A DNA stretch of 31,159 nt from an uncultured virus (IMG/VR IMGVR_UViG_3300033550_000001) (Duplodnaviria; Heunggongvirae; Uroviricota; Caudoviricetes): IMG/VR virus record IMGVR_UViG_3300033550_000001; one strand, 5' to 3'. Below the pieces are notes generated by a model. It was given only the letters and a program-made list of their open reading frames with translations, searched no databases and had not been told where the DNA came from. Position numbers and translations under genes: made by a program. Positions 23,456 to 31,159 of the stretch are shown here, one piece after another (positions within the stretch are counted from its first letter, which is position 1; each line of letters opens with the position of its first letter).

Positions 23456-26113
23456 TCATACCTGACGGTCGCGCTGCATGTAAGGGTCCAGCTTGCGGGA
23501 GGCGAGGGTGACCGCGAACAGGTCGCTGGCGAGGCCGGCCCGGATCTCCTCGGGCACGGTGTGCCCGGCGTAGCGGAGCATTCCGATCAACTTCGGAGAC
23601 GCCGGCTTCTTCCTCCACGCCGCCGTCCGGGTCATGTTGAGCGCGGACCGATCGGTGGCCTCGGTCTCCGCCCACGCCATGGCGATGCCGAGGTCCAGGC
23701 CCTCGTGCAGCCGCTCCCAGTTCCCGCTCGGCGGGGCGTAAGCGACGTCCCACTTCTCGGCGCCCTCGCGGGACGGCCACAGCAGGATCTCCCCGTTGTC
23801 GCCGAGCGGGATGAACTGGATTCCCGCTCGGGTGCGCAGCCACGAGTAGGCGGCCGACGCCTTGAACAGGTCGATGTCCCGGTGGGTCAGCGCGAACCGC
23901 AGCGAGCCGGCCGGAACGCGGGCGTCCTTGCTGGACTCCTCGCGCTCGTACGCCTCGGCCAGAGTCTCGCCGTCGGCCACCTCCCGGAGCTGCGCGCCCG
24001 GCTCCAGGTCGACCAGCGTGCACAGCGACCCGCCCTCGCCGGCGAGGATGAGCACCAGGGCGTCCTCCTTGCCGGTGGCCGGCGACGGCCGCAGCACCCG
24101 CCCCACCATCTGTATGAACAGCGGCTCGGACTTGGTCGGCCGGGCGATGACCGCGCAGTCTGCGAACGGGAAGTCGGCACCCTCGGTCAGCACCATGCAG
24201 TTGACCAATGTGCGGATCTCGCCGGTGCGGAACTTGCGGTAGATGTTCAGCCGCTCCTCGCGGGGCGTGCCGCCGTGCACGTACGCCGCGCTCGGCAGGG
24301 CCTCGGCCGTCTCCCGCGCGACCTCCACCGTCGGCGTGAACACGATGGGGGACCGGCGGTCGGCCGCGTGCTCCTCCAGCACCTTGGCGATGATCTGCGG
24401 GCCGCCCGCCTCCATCAGCGCGTCGCCCAGGGACGAGGCGGTGTAGTCGCCCCGGCTCCGCTTGACGTCCCCGAGGTGCAGGGTGTCCACGTCGATGAGC
24501 CGGGAGCGCACATCGGTGAGGTAGCCCCGGCTCATCGCCCACAGCGGGGAGCGCGTGTAGACGGCGTCCTCCCACACGTCCCCGAGACCCTGGCCGTCGC
24601 CCCGGGCGAGTGTCGCGGTGAAGCCGACGGCCTTGGTGCCGGGCATCCCGCTGTAGCAGCCGAGGGCGGCGAGGATGTTGCGGTAGCTGACGGCCGCCGC
24701 GTGATGGCATTCGTCAACAATGACCAGCCCGACCTTGCCGCACTTCTCCTGGCTGTCGAGCAGCCGGTGCAGCCGCTTCTCCCGAGCGAGGGTCTGCACC
24801 GAGCAGACCATGACGTCTGCGGCGATGTTGTCGTCCGCCGCCTTCACCTTGCCGGTGAACAGGGACGGCTCGGTCTGCTTCAGCTTGGACAGCGTCTGGT
24901 CGGCCAGCTCGTCGCGGTGCACGAGGATGACGACGCGCGTGCCCTCCGACTCGACGTGCTCGGCCGCCATGCGGGAGAACACGACAGTGTTGTGCGTGAC
25001 GATGTGGTGCCTCGTCACCTGGTACAGGCTGTCCGGCGCGGCCACCCGGATGCACCGGATCTCCTGGTCCTCCACTCGCTCCACGGCCACGATGGTGCGC
25101 CGGGGTTCGAACGTCCGGCGCGGTCCGCCGGCGCGGTTCTTCCTCGGGGTGGACAGAGCGGGTGCGTCAGAGGGCATGAGGATGTTGACCACTATGTTCT
25201 CGTAGTCCTCGCCGCTGGTCGGCTGAACCCGGTTGTAGCACCGCACGCTCGCGGTACCCCCGAGAGAGCAGACCAGTTCGCTCACGTCGTCCGCCAGTCG
25301 CGGCGAGGTGGTGTGGTAGCAGACCGCCCGGCGTTCTGCCCGACTGGAGCCGTCGTTGTCCATGAGGCCGTGCAGCAGGGCAAGTCGCTGCGCCGTCCCG
25401 GCCTCCAGGTACCGGCGCGGGATGAACTTGTCCGCGCTGGCCACGTCCAGACCCATCACACGGATGTGCTTCTGAACCCCTCGGACGATGAAGCGGGGGC
25501 ACCACTTCGTCTCGTCCACGGTCGCCCGGGTCACCTCGTGCTCCGCACGGACGCGTTCGGCCACGTGTTCGTCGGGCGTGGTCAGGACCGGGCTGGTGTG
25601 GCTCAGGTAGCCGTTGGCGAGCAGCGCCCCGAGCGTGTACGGGCCGATAGGGAGTTCCGCGTCGGGTGTGAGAGTGCCTGACACCGGGATGGCCCACCGG
25701 TTGGCCCGCCCGTGCTTCAATCCGTGGTCCGCTATCTCCGACGTGCTGAGCGTGCGAACCTCCCGGGACGTACGCCGGTGCGCGTGGTCCCGCACGGTCC
25801 ACAGGTGTTCCGCGTCCGTGACGACGGACGACCCGTCCCGGAAGGTCACACGGAACGCGGGCAGGACGCCACGGTCGTAGACGTCCACGACCTCGGTCGG
25901 GTGACCGTTGCTGCCGAACACGAGGTCCCCGGGCTCCAGGTCACCCCACTTGCGCAGACCGTCCGGGGTGGGAACTTCGGTGTTCAGTGGATGGCCTTTG
26001 CCCATGCCGGTCGCCAGCACGGCGGCCGGCCGCTGCATCCCGTCGGCCCACGCGGCGCGCACCGTGTCGATGCACTCGCGCTGGTACTCGCGCAGGGCCA
26101 GAGTCTGGCTCAT
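23456..26113 (-). CDS. SF2 (DExH) DNA helicase with intein
   Basis: LREYQ Q-motif, ATGMGK/T, IVDECHH, FTAT, LTEGAD, QMVGRVLR; start set at MSQT. Confidence 0.93.
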   Translation of the reverse strand: MSQTLALREYQRECIDTVRAAWADGMQRPAAVLATGMGKGHPLNTEVPTPDGLRKWGDLEPGDLVFGSNGHPTEVVDVYDRGVLPAFRVTFRDGSSVVTDAEHLWTVRDHAHRRTSREVRTLSTSEIADHGLKHGRANRWAIPVSGTLTPDAELPIGPYTLGALLANGYLSHTSPVLTTPDEHVAERVRAEHEVTRATVDETKWCPRFIVRGVQKHIRVMGLDVASADKFIPRRYLEAGTAQRLALLHGLMDNDGSSRAERRAVCYHTTSPRLADDVSELVCSLGGTASVRCYNRVQPTSGEDYENIVVNILMPSDAPALSTPRKNRAGGPRRTFEPRRTIVAVERVEDQEIRCIRVAAPDSLYQVTRHHIVTHNTVVFSRMAAEHVESEGTRVVILVHRDELADQTLSKLKQTEPSLFTGKVKAADDNIAADVMVCSVQTLAREKRLHRLLDSQEKCGKVGLVIVDECHHAAAVSYRNILAALGCYSGMPGTKAVGFTATLARGDGQGLGDVWEDAVYTRSPLWAMSRGYLTDVRSRLIDVDTLHLGDVKRSRGDYTASSLGDALMEAGGPQIIAKVLEEHAADRRSPIVFTPTVEVARETAEALPSAAYVHGGTPREERLNIYRKFRTGEIRTLVNCMVLTEGADFPFADCAVIARPTKSEPLFIQMVGRVLRPSPATGKEDALVLILAGEGGSLCTLVDLEPGAQLREVADGETLAEAYEREESSKDARVPAGSLRFALTHRDIDLFKASAAYSWLRTRAGIQFIPLGDNGEILLWPSREGAEKWDVAYAPPSGNWERLHEGLDLGIAMAWAETEATDRSALNMTRTAAWRKKPASPKLIGMLRYAGHTVPEEIRAGLASDLFAVTLASRKLDPYMQRDRQV
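24989..25996 (-). mobile_element. intein (336 aa) with LAGLIDADG domain in helicase Walker A
   Basis: GK|GHPLNTEVPTPDG ... IVTHN|T; LGALLANG and LHGLMDNDG. Confidence 0.9.
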
Positions 26114-26358
26114 CGGTCCCCCTCGTCGTTCCCGTCCAGCGCCCGCTCCAGCGCGCCGTAGCCCGGCCCCCGGCGCAGCCCGAGCAGCCGGTAAATTTCC
26201 GTGGCGTGCAGCATCCCGGACCGGGGGTCCGACGGAACCGGGTACGCCTCTTCCTTGCCGCACTGCTCCAACAGCCGGTCCACCACGCGGCGCAGGTCCG
26301 TCTCGGACAGGGCCAGCGCCCGGGCCCGCAGCTCGTGGTTGTAGTCCTCCGCACTCAT
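26110..26358 (-). CDS. hypothetical protein
   Basis: MSAEDYNHEL...; ATGA overlaps at both ends. Confidence 0.7.
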   Translation of the reverse strand: MSAEDYNHELRARALALSETDLRRVVDRLLEQCGKEEAYPVPSDPRSGMLHATEIYRLLGLRRGPGYGALERALDGNDEGDR

Positions 26359-26663
26359 GCGGCCTTCGTCCCCTCGTACTCCGCCACGGCGCGGTCCCAC
26401 GCGATGCGGGCCGGCTCGTCGGCGAACCGGGGGTCGGCACCGTGACGCGCGATCAGGTGCTCCCACAGGTCGGCGAAGTGCTCGCCGTCCCCGAGGCCGT
26501 CGCAGCGCACCGTCCACCAGCAGCTCGGGCAGTCGGCGTGCGGGCCGGTGGAGTGGGCCGCCGCGCGGCGCAGGCGCCCGAGGTAGTCCACCAGTTCCAC
26601 GTCGTCCACGTCGGAGCCGAACAGGTTGAGCGCCGCCCCGTAGGCGGTCTGTTCCGTGGTCAT
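26355..26663 (-). CDS. hypothetical protein with C2H2-like residues
   Basis: GGGAGG RBS; CPSC..C...H....H. Confidence 0.65.
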   Translation of the reverse strand: MTTEQTAYGAALNLFGSDVDDVELVDYLGRLRRAAAHSTGPHADCPSCWWTVRCDGLGDGEHFADLWEHLIARHGADPRFADEPARIAWDRAVAEYEGTKAA

Positions 26664-26782
26664 AGGCCCGTGATCCTCCCAGCGGGGTGCGCAATCGCCG
26701 AACCAGCACCCCATCGCCGCCCCGGCGTCCCGGGATTCCTTGGTCAGTGGTCGGCGCGGCCCCGTCGGGCCCGCTGTCCGTT

Positions 26783-26823
26783 ATGGTACCCCTCGTGTAA
26801 TCGTGTGTAAACGCGGGTATCAT
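26783..26823. promoter_or_regulatory. divergent promoter region
   Basis: Minus strand TTTACA-17-TACCAT (26811-26783); plus strand TATCAT at 26818-26823; TCGTGTAA/TCGTGTGTAA direct repeat. Confidence 0.6.
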
Positions 26824-26858
26824 CGTGACGCATACTTACGCACCGTCAAGGAGGAGCA

Positions 26859-27074
26859 GTGGAGGACTTTCTGACCGTCCCGAAGGCGGCGGCCCGTGCA
26901 CGCGTCGCCAACGGCACCGTCTACCGATGGCTGGCCGAGGGGAAGCTGACCAAGTACAAGGACGGCACCGGCCGCGTGTGGGTGGACCCGGCGGAGCTGG
27001 ACGAGCTGACCCGCATCCGCCCCGCCACGGAGGTGTCCGTCTCCGCCGCCACGCCCGCAGTCACGGGGTCGTGA
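26859..27074 (+). CDS. excisionase-like (HTH_17/MerR-type) DNA-binding protein
   Basis: LTVPKAAARARVANGTVYRWLAEGKL; AGGAGGAG RBS. Confidence 0.85.
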   Translation: MEDFLTVPKAAARARVANGTVYRWLAEGKLTKYKDGTGRVWVDPAELDELTRIRPATEVSVSAATPAVTGS

Positions 27075-27550
27075 TGGCGCCGCCGGTCATCAAGGCGATA
27101 GAGACCGAGGCGTTCGGCTGCAAGTTCCGCTCCCGCACCGAGGCCCGGTTCGCCACGTTCTGCGACGCGGCCGGCGTCCCGTGGGAGTACGAGCCCGAGG
27201 GCTACAGGCTGGCCAGCGGCTGGTACCTGCCGGACTTCCGCATCCGGCCCGAATGGGCCCCTGACCAGGTGTGGGTGGAGATTAAGCCGCCCAGCGATAC
27301 ATTCGACGATCCACGCTGGGCGGAGCTGGCCGAGGGGAGCGGGCTGATCGTCCTCGTGCTGCGTGGCCTGCACCGGCGGGGCGACACCTGCGGGCGCGAC
27401 CACATGGTGCGCTTCTGGCACCCGGAGGGCGTCGTGGCAGACGTCCCCCGGATGTGGACCGGACAGCGGTTCGCACCGGCGTGGGACGCCGCCTCGGCGG
27501 CCCGGTTCGACCGCCGCGCGCCCGCCGGCCGGAAGGGGAGGAGAACGTAA
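27074..27550 (+). CDS. PD-(D/E)XK endonuclease
   Basis: FRSRTEARFA, WEYEPEG, YLPDF, VEIKP; TGATG coupling. Confidence 0.8.
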   Translation: MAPPVIKAIETEAFGCKFRSRTEARFATFCDAAGVPWEYEPEGYRLASGWYLPDFRIRPEWAPDQVWVEIKPPSDTFDDPRWAELAEGSGLIVLVLRGLHRRGDTCGRDHMVRFWHPEGVVADVPRMWTGQRFAPAWDAASAARFDRRAPAGRKGRRT

Positions 27551-27606
27551 GTGCCCACGCCCCAGCAGACCAAGGAAGCACGGACCAAGGAATCGAGGAA
27601 CCACCG

Positions 27607-30600
27607 ATGACCACGTACGTGGACACGAACGCGGGGCAGGTGTCGGACCACCACCTGGCGGAGCTGGACGCCAGCGAGATCGCCCCGGAGCACCGCGAGG
27701 CACGCGGGTACGAGACGCTGTACGGCACCGACGAGGACCGCGCGAGGCTGCGCGAGGAGTCCATCCCGGTGTGGGCCTGGCGCGAGGACACGGCCTTCCC
27801 CGGACTGTTCATCCCGATGTACCGGGTGACCGGCGAGCGGATCGGCGCGCAGTTCAAGCCCGGCCAGCCGCAGCCGAACAGCAACGGCAGCGAGAGCAAG
27901 CCGGTGAAATACGCCACCCCCAAGGGCACCAAGCCGCGCCTGGACGTCCCGCCGCTCATGGCGACAGCCGTCCGCGCCGGGGCCGCCCCGTTGTGGATCA
28001 CTGAGGGTGTGAAGAAGGCCGACTCGCTCGCCTCCAAGGGCCTCGCGGCCATCGCGCTCTCGGGCGTCTACAACTGGCGCAGCCGGCTGGGCACGCTCGG
28101 CGACTGGGAGGACATCCCGCTCAAGGGCCGGGTCGTGGTGATCTGTTTCGACTCCGACGCCCGGCACAACTCCAACGTGCTGAACGCGATGCGCCGGCTC
28201 GGCATGTGGCTGGAGTCCAAGGGCGCCGCCGACATCCGGTACCTGATCGTTCCGCAAGAGGTCGACGGGACCGCCGTCAAGGGCGTGGACGACTACTTCC
28301 ACGCGGGCGGCACGCTGGAGGGCCTGCGGGACGCGGCCACCTCCGAGATGCCTTCGGACAACAACCGCGACGCCGCGTTCAGTGACGCGGTCCTCGCCGA
28401 CACGGTGTGCTCCGACGTCCTGGAGGGCCATTACCGGTGGGCCGCCGGTCTCGGGTGGATGCGCTGGGACGGCAAGGTGTGGACCGAGTGCACCGACGCC
28501 ACGGTGATGGAGGAGATCCGACTGTGGGCCCTGGCCGGCTTCCAGCGGGTGCTGGAGAAGTGGCGCGCGGAGCCGAACAAGGACTTCCGTACCGAGCAGG
28601 AGGGGTGGCGCGGGGCCCTCGCCGCGTCCAAGCTGGGCAACCTGCTCAAGCTGTCCAGGGGCATCCTGGAGTCGGCCGCGACGGACTTCGACTACGACCC
28701 TGACGCGCTCAACTGCCAGAACGGCATCCTGGACCTGAAGACCGGCGTCCTCACCCCGCACGACCCGGACCGGCTGATGACGAAGATCACCGGCTGCGAC
28801 TACGTCCCCGCGACGTTCCACCCGGACTGGAAGCAGGCGCTGGAGGCGGTACCGGCGGCCGTGCTGGACTGGTTCCAGATGCGCATGGGCCAGTCCATCA
28901 CCGGCCACACCCCGCCGGACGACCTGATCCTGATCCTCCAGGGCGGCGGGTCCAACGGGAAGGCGCTGGACACCGACACGCCGATGCTCACCGCCAACCG
29001 TGGCTGGACAACCATGGGCGACCTCGTGGCCGGTGACGAGGTGTACGGCCCGGACGGGCAGCCCACAAAGGTCACGCACGCGTTCGACGTCCTGCACGGA
29101 CGCCGCTGCTACCGGGTGACCACGACCGACGGACGGTCCGTCGTGGCTGACGCGGACCACCTGTGGACCGTCCGGCTGAGCAAGGGGACGAGCAAGCTCA
29201 ACAGGCCACGGTGGGTCACGCTGACCACCGAACAGATGGTCCAGCGGGGCGTCTACGCCCGTACGGGAGGGGGCCGCGCGGGGCTTCGGTTCCGGCTGCC
29301 CGAACAGCAGCCGATCCAGTCCAAGCCAGTTGATCTGCCGTTTGACCCCTACGTGCTCGGTGCCTGGCTGGGGGACGGGGAGAGCGCGGGTAACCGCCTC
29401 ACCTGCCACCCCGACGACGTTCAGATCGTCGAGGAGATCCGGGCAGCCGGCATCCCGGTGCGAAGGCAGAACACCCCGTACGCGTGGGCTCTCGGGGACG
29501 GGGGCGGTCGTGGCAAGCGCAACGGCCAGTCCATCACCGAACAGCTCCGGTCCCTGGGCGTGCTGAACAACAAGCACATCCCGGAGCAGTACCTGGCCGG
29601 GTCCCAGGAGCAGCGCCTGGCGCTGCTTCAGGGACTCATGGACACCGACGGCTTCGCGTCTGCGGGGCAGGGTCAGGCCGTGTTCACGTCCACCCGCAAG
29701 TGTCTGGCAGACGGGGTGCTGTACCTGGCGCGGTCGCTGGGGTGGAAGGCGACGGTAAAGGAGTCCGTGGCGACCCTGAAAGGCGTTGCCGTCGGTCCGA
29801 AGTGGATGGTCACGTGGACGCCGGGTCCTGATGGGTTGAACCCCTTCCGGCTGGCCCGCAAGGCCGGCCGCATCAGCGCCTCCCGCCCGCGCGTGCGCAC
29901 CTCGGCGCCGAGCATCGCGGCCATCGAGAGGGTGGACTCCAGGCCGGTGCGCTGCATCACTGTGGACCGCGAGGACGCCCTGTACCTCGCCGGCCGGGAC
30001 CTGGTCCCCACGCACAACTCTACCGTCATGGACGCCATCGCCAAGTCGGCCGGCAAGCGCGGCGGCTACCACACGGCTGTCGCCGACCGGGCGCTGCTCG
30101 GCAACGCGAGCGACAACCACCCCACCGAGATGATGGACTTCATGGGCGCTCGCCTCGCGGTGCTGGAGGAGACACCGGAGGCCAAGCGCCTGGACGTCAA
30201 CCGGGCGAAAAAGTTGGCGGGCACCGACCAGATCACGGCCCGCAAGATGCGGCAGGACAGCGTCACCTTCTCCACGACGCACACGCTGATCATCAACACG
30301 AACCACAAGCCGCTGGTGGAGGAGTCCGATCACGGCACGTGGCGCCGGCTGGCCATGCTCGTCTTCCCGTACAAGTACTGCAAGCCGTGGGAGGCGTGCA
30401 CGGGGCCCAACGACCGGCCGGGGGACCTGAACCTGCGCCAGCGGGTGAAGACCGACGAGCGGGTCACTGAGGCCGTCCTGGCGTGGCTGGTGGACGGGGC
30501 CCGCAAGTGGTACGCGGCCGACATGATCCTGCCCCCGCCGCCGGCGGAAGTGGCGGAGGCCACCCTGGAGTGGCGCCGGGAGTCGGACCTGGTGCTGTCC

Positions 30601-31159
30601 TTCATCGGGGACGTCCTGGAGTTCGACTGGGACTCCCACATCTACGCCCCGGAGCTGCGCGAGGCGTTCAACAAGTACCTGGCCGACAAGGGCCACCGGG
30701 AGTGGACGGACAGGACGTTCACCGCCCGATTCGGAAGCCACGACGAGTGCTCGCGGAACGGGGTCGCCCGGAAGCGGATCAAGACCCGCGAAGGGCGGTC
30801 CACGCTGGACCCGGGGCTCGCCGTACCCAATCCGTACTACGCGTGGCTGGGAATCCGGTTCCAGGACCCGAACGGAAACGGCCAGCTCAGCGAGGGTGAG
30901 GACAACCCGGTACCGTCGGTACCCTCTTCTCCCGTTAACAATGAAATCGGCCCTCGTATAGGAGGAACAGGAGAACACGGTACCGACGGTACCGGCCCTC
31001 GAACCGCCCCCGGAGGGGACCCTTTCGGAGGTGATCCGTTCGCGGAAGCGGAAGCCGATCACGCGCCCGTGGCCACCGTCCCCGCCCCGTCCCCGCCGCC
31101 GGCCGCCGAGACCGTGCCCCCGCGCGCCGGCGGCGGGGACGGGGCGGGGACGGTGGCCA
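27607..31159 (+). CDS. DUF3854 (Toprim-like) primase / D5-P4-type SF3 helicase with intein; 3' end beyond window
   Basis: Manual translation: WITEGVKKAD, ICFDSD, KGVDDY, LNCQNGILDL, GGGSNGK/S, NTNHKP, GTWRR; no stop seen; doubled GACCAAGGAA motif upstream. Confidence 0.9.
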   Translation, partial: MTTYVDTNAGQVSDHHLAELDASEIAPEHREARGYETLYGTDEDRARLREESIPVWAWREDTAFPGLFIPMYRVTGERIGAQFKPGQPQPNSNGSESKPVKYATPKGTKPRLDVPPLMATAVRAGAAPLWITEGVKKADSLASKGLAAIALSGVYNWRSRLGTLGDWEDIPLKGRVVVICFDSDARHNSNVLNAMRRLGMWLESKGAADIRYLIVPQEVDGTAVKGVDDYFHAGGTLEGLRDAATSEMPSDNNRDAAFSDAVLADTVCSDVLEGHYRWAAGLGWMRWDGKVWTECTDATVMEEIRLWALAGFQRVLEKWRAEPNKDFRTEQEGWRGALAASKLGNLLKLSRGILESAATDFDYDPDALNCQNGILDLKTGVLTPHDPDRLMTKITGCDYVPATFHPDWKQALEAVPAAVLDWFQMRMGQSITGHTPPDDLILILQGGGSNGKALDTDTPMLTANRGWTTMGDLVAGDEVYGPDGQPTKVTHAFDVLHGRRCYRVTTTDGRSVVADADHLWTVRLSKGTSKLNRPRWVTLTTEQMVQRGVYARTGGGRAGLRFRLPEQQPIQSKPVDLPFDPYVLGAWLGDGESAGNRLTCHPDDVQIVEEIRAAGIPVRRQNTPYAWALGDGGGRGKRNGQSITEQLRSLGVLNNKHIPEQYLAGSQEQRLALLQGLMDTDGFASAGQGQAVFTSTRKCLADGVLYLARSLGWKATVKESVATLKGVAVGPKWMVTWTPGPDGLNPFRLARKAGRISASRPRVRTSAPSIAAIERVDSRPVRCITVDREDALYLAGRDLVPTHNSTVMDAIAKSAGKRGGYHTAVADRALLGNASDNHPTEMMDFMGARLAVLEETPEAKRLDVNRAKKLAGTDQITARKMRQDSVTFSTTHTLIINTNHKPLVEESDHGTWRRLAMLVFPYKYCKPWEACTGPNDRPGDLNLRQRVKTDERVTEAVLAWLVDGARKWYAADMILPPPPAEVAEATLEWRRESDLVLSFIGDVLEFDWDSHIYAPELREAFNKYLADKGHREWTDRTFTARFGSHDECSRNGVARKRIKTREGRSTLDPGLAVPNPYYAWLGIRFQDPNGNGQLSEGEDNPVPSVPSSPVNNEIGPRIGGTGEHGTDGTGPRTAPGGDPFGGDPFAEAEADHAPVATVPAPSPPPAAETVPPRAGGGDGAGTVA
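28963..30018 (+). mobile_element. intein (352 aa) with LAGLIDADG homing endonuclease in primase-helicase Walker A
   Basis: GK|ALDTDTPMLT ... VPTHN|S; LGAWLGDG and LQGLMDTDG. Confidence 0.92.
30907..30995. repeat. 17-bp perfect inverted repeat flanking an AT-richer core (putative origin)
   Basis: CCGGTACCGTCGGTACC ... GGTACCGACGGTACCGG. Confidence 0.8.

Noticed and set aside
27202..31062. 1286-aa minus-strand ORF
   Set aside because: Antisense shadow of the primase-helicase gene; stop codons are scarce in high-GC DNA and it has no recognisable motifs

Overview
High-GC actinobacterial (Streptomyces-like) mobile DNA, most consistent with the non-structural arm of a temperate phage or phage-plasmid. 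No capsid, tail or integrase gene lies in the window, so this class is inferred. 1-10.6 kb: minus-strand array of short genes built from repeated cassettes (hairpin terminator, sigma70-type promoter, 18-bp AT-rich palindromic operator, GACCAAGGAACGAGGAA start motif). It includes a partial C5-cytosine methyltransferase, an epimerase plus GT2 pair, a RapZ-C-like protein and an HExxH peptidase. 10.6-16.0 kb: Streptomyces-type transfer module (Spd-like membrane protein, TraA, FtsK-like TraB) with two short-repeat arrays and two stand-alone proteins resembling the TraB C-terminal winged helix. 18-31 kb: recombination/replication genes: RuvC-like resolvase, SSB-like protein, a tRNA-like RNA with an expanded anticodon arm, a Zn-finger/PD-(D/E)XK exonuclease ORF with a nested out-of-frame gene, an intein-containing SF2 helicase, an HTH protein, an endonuclease, and an intein-containing DUF3854 primase-helicase that carries an ori-like palindrome and runs off the window. 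All family calls are by eye from motifs; no database search was run.
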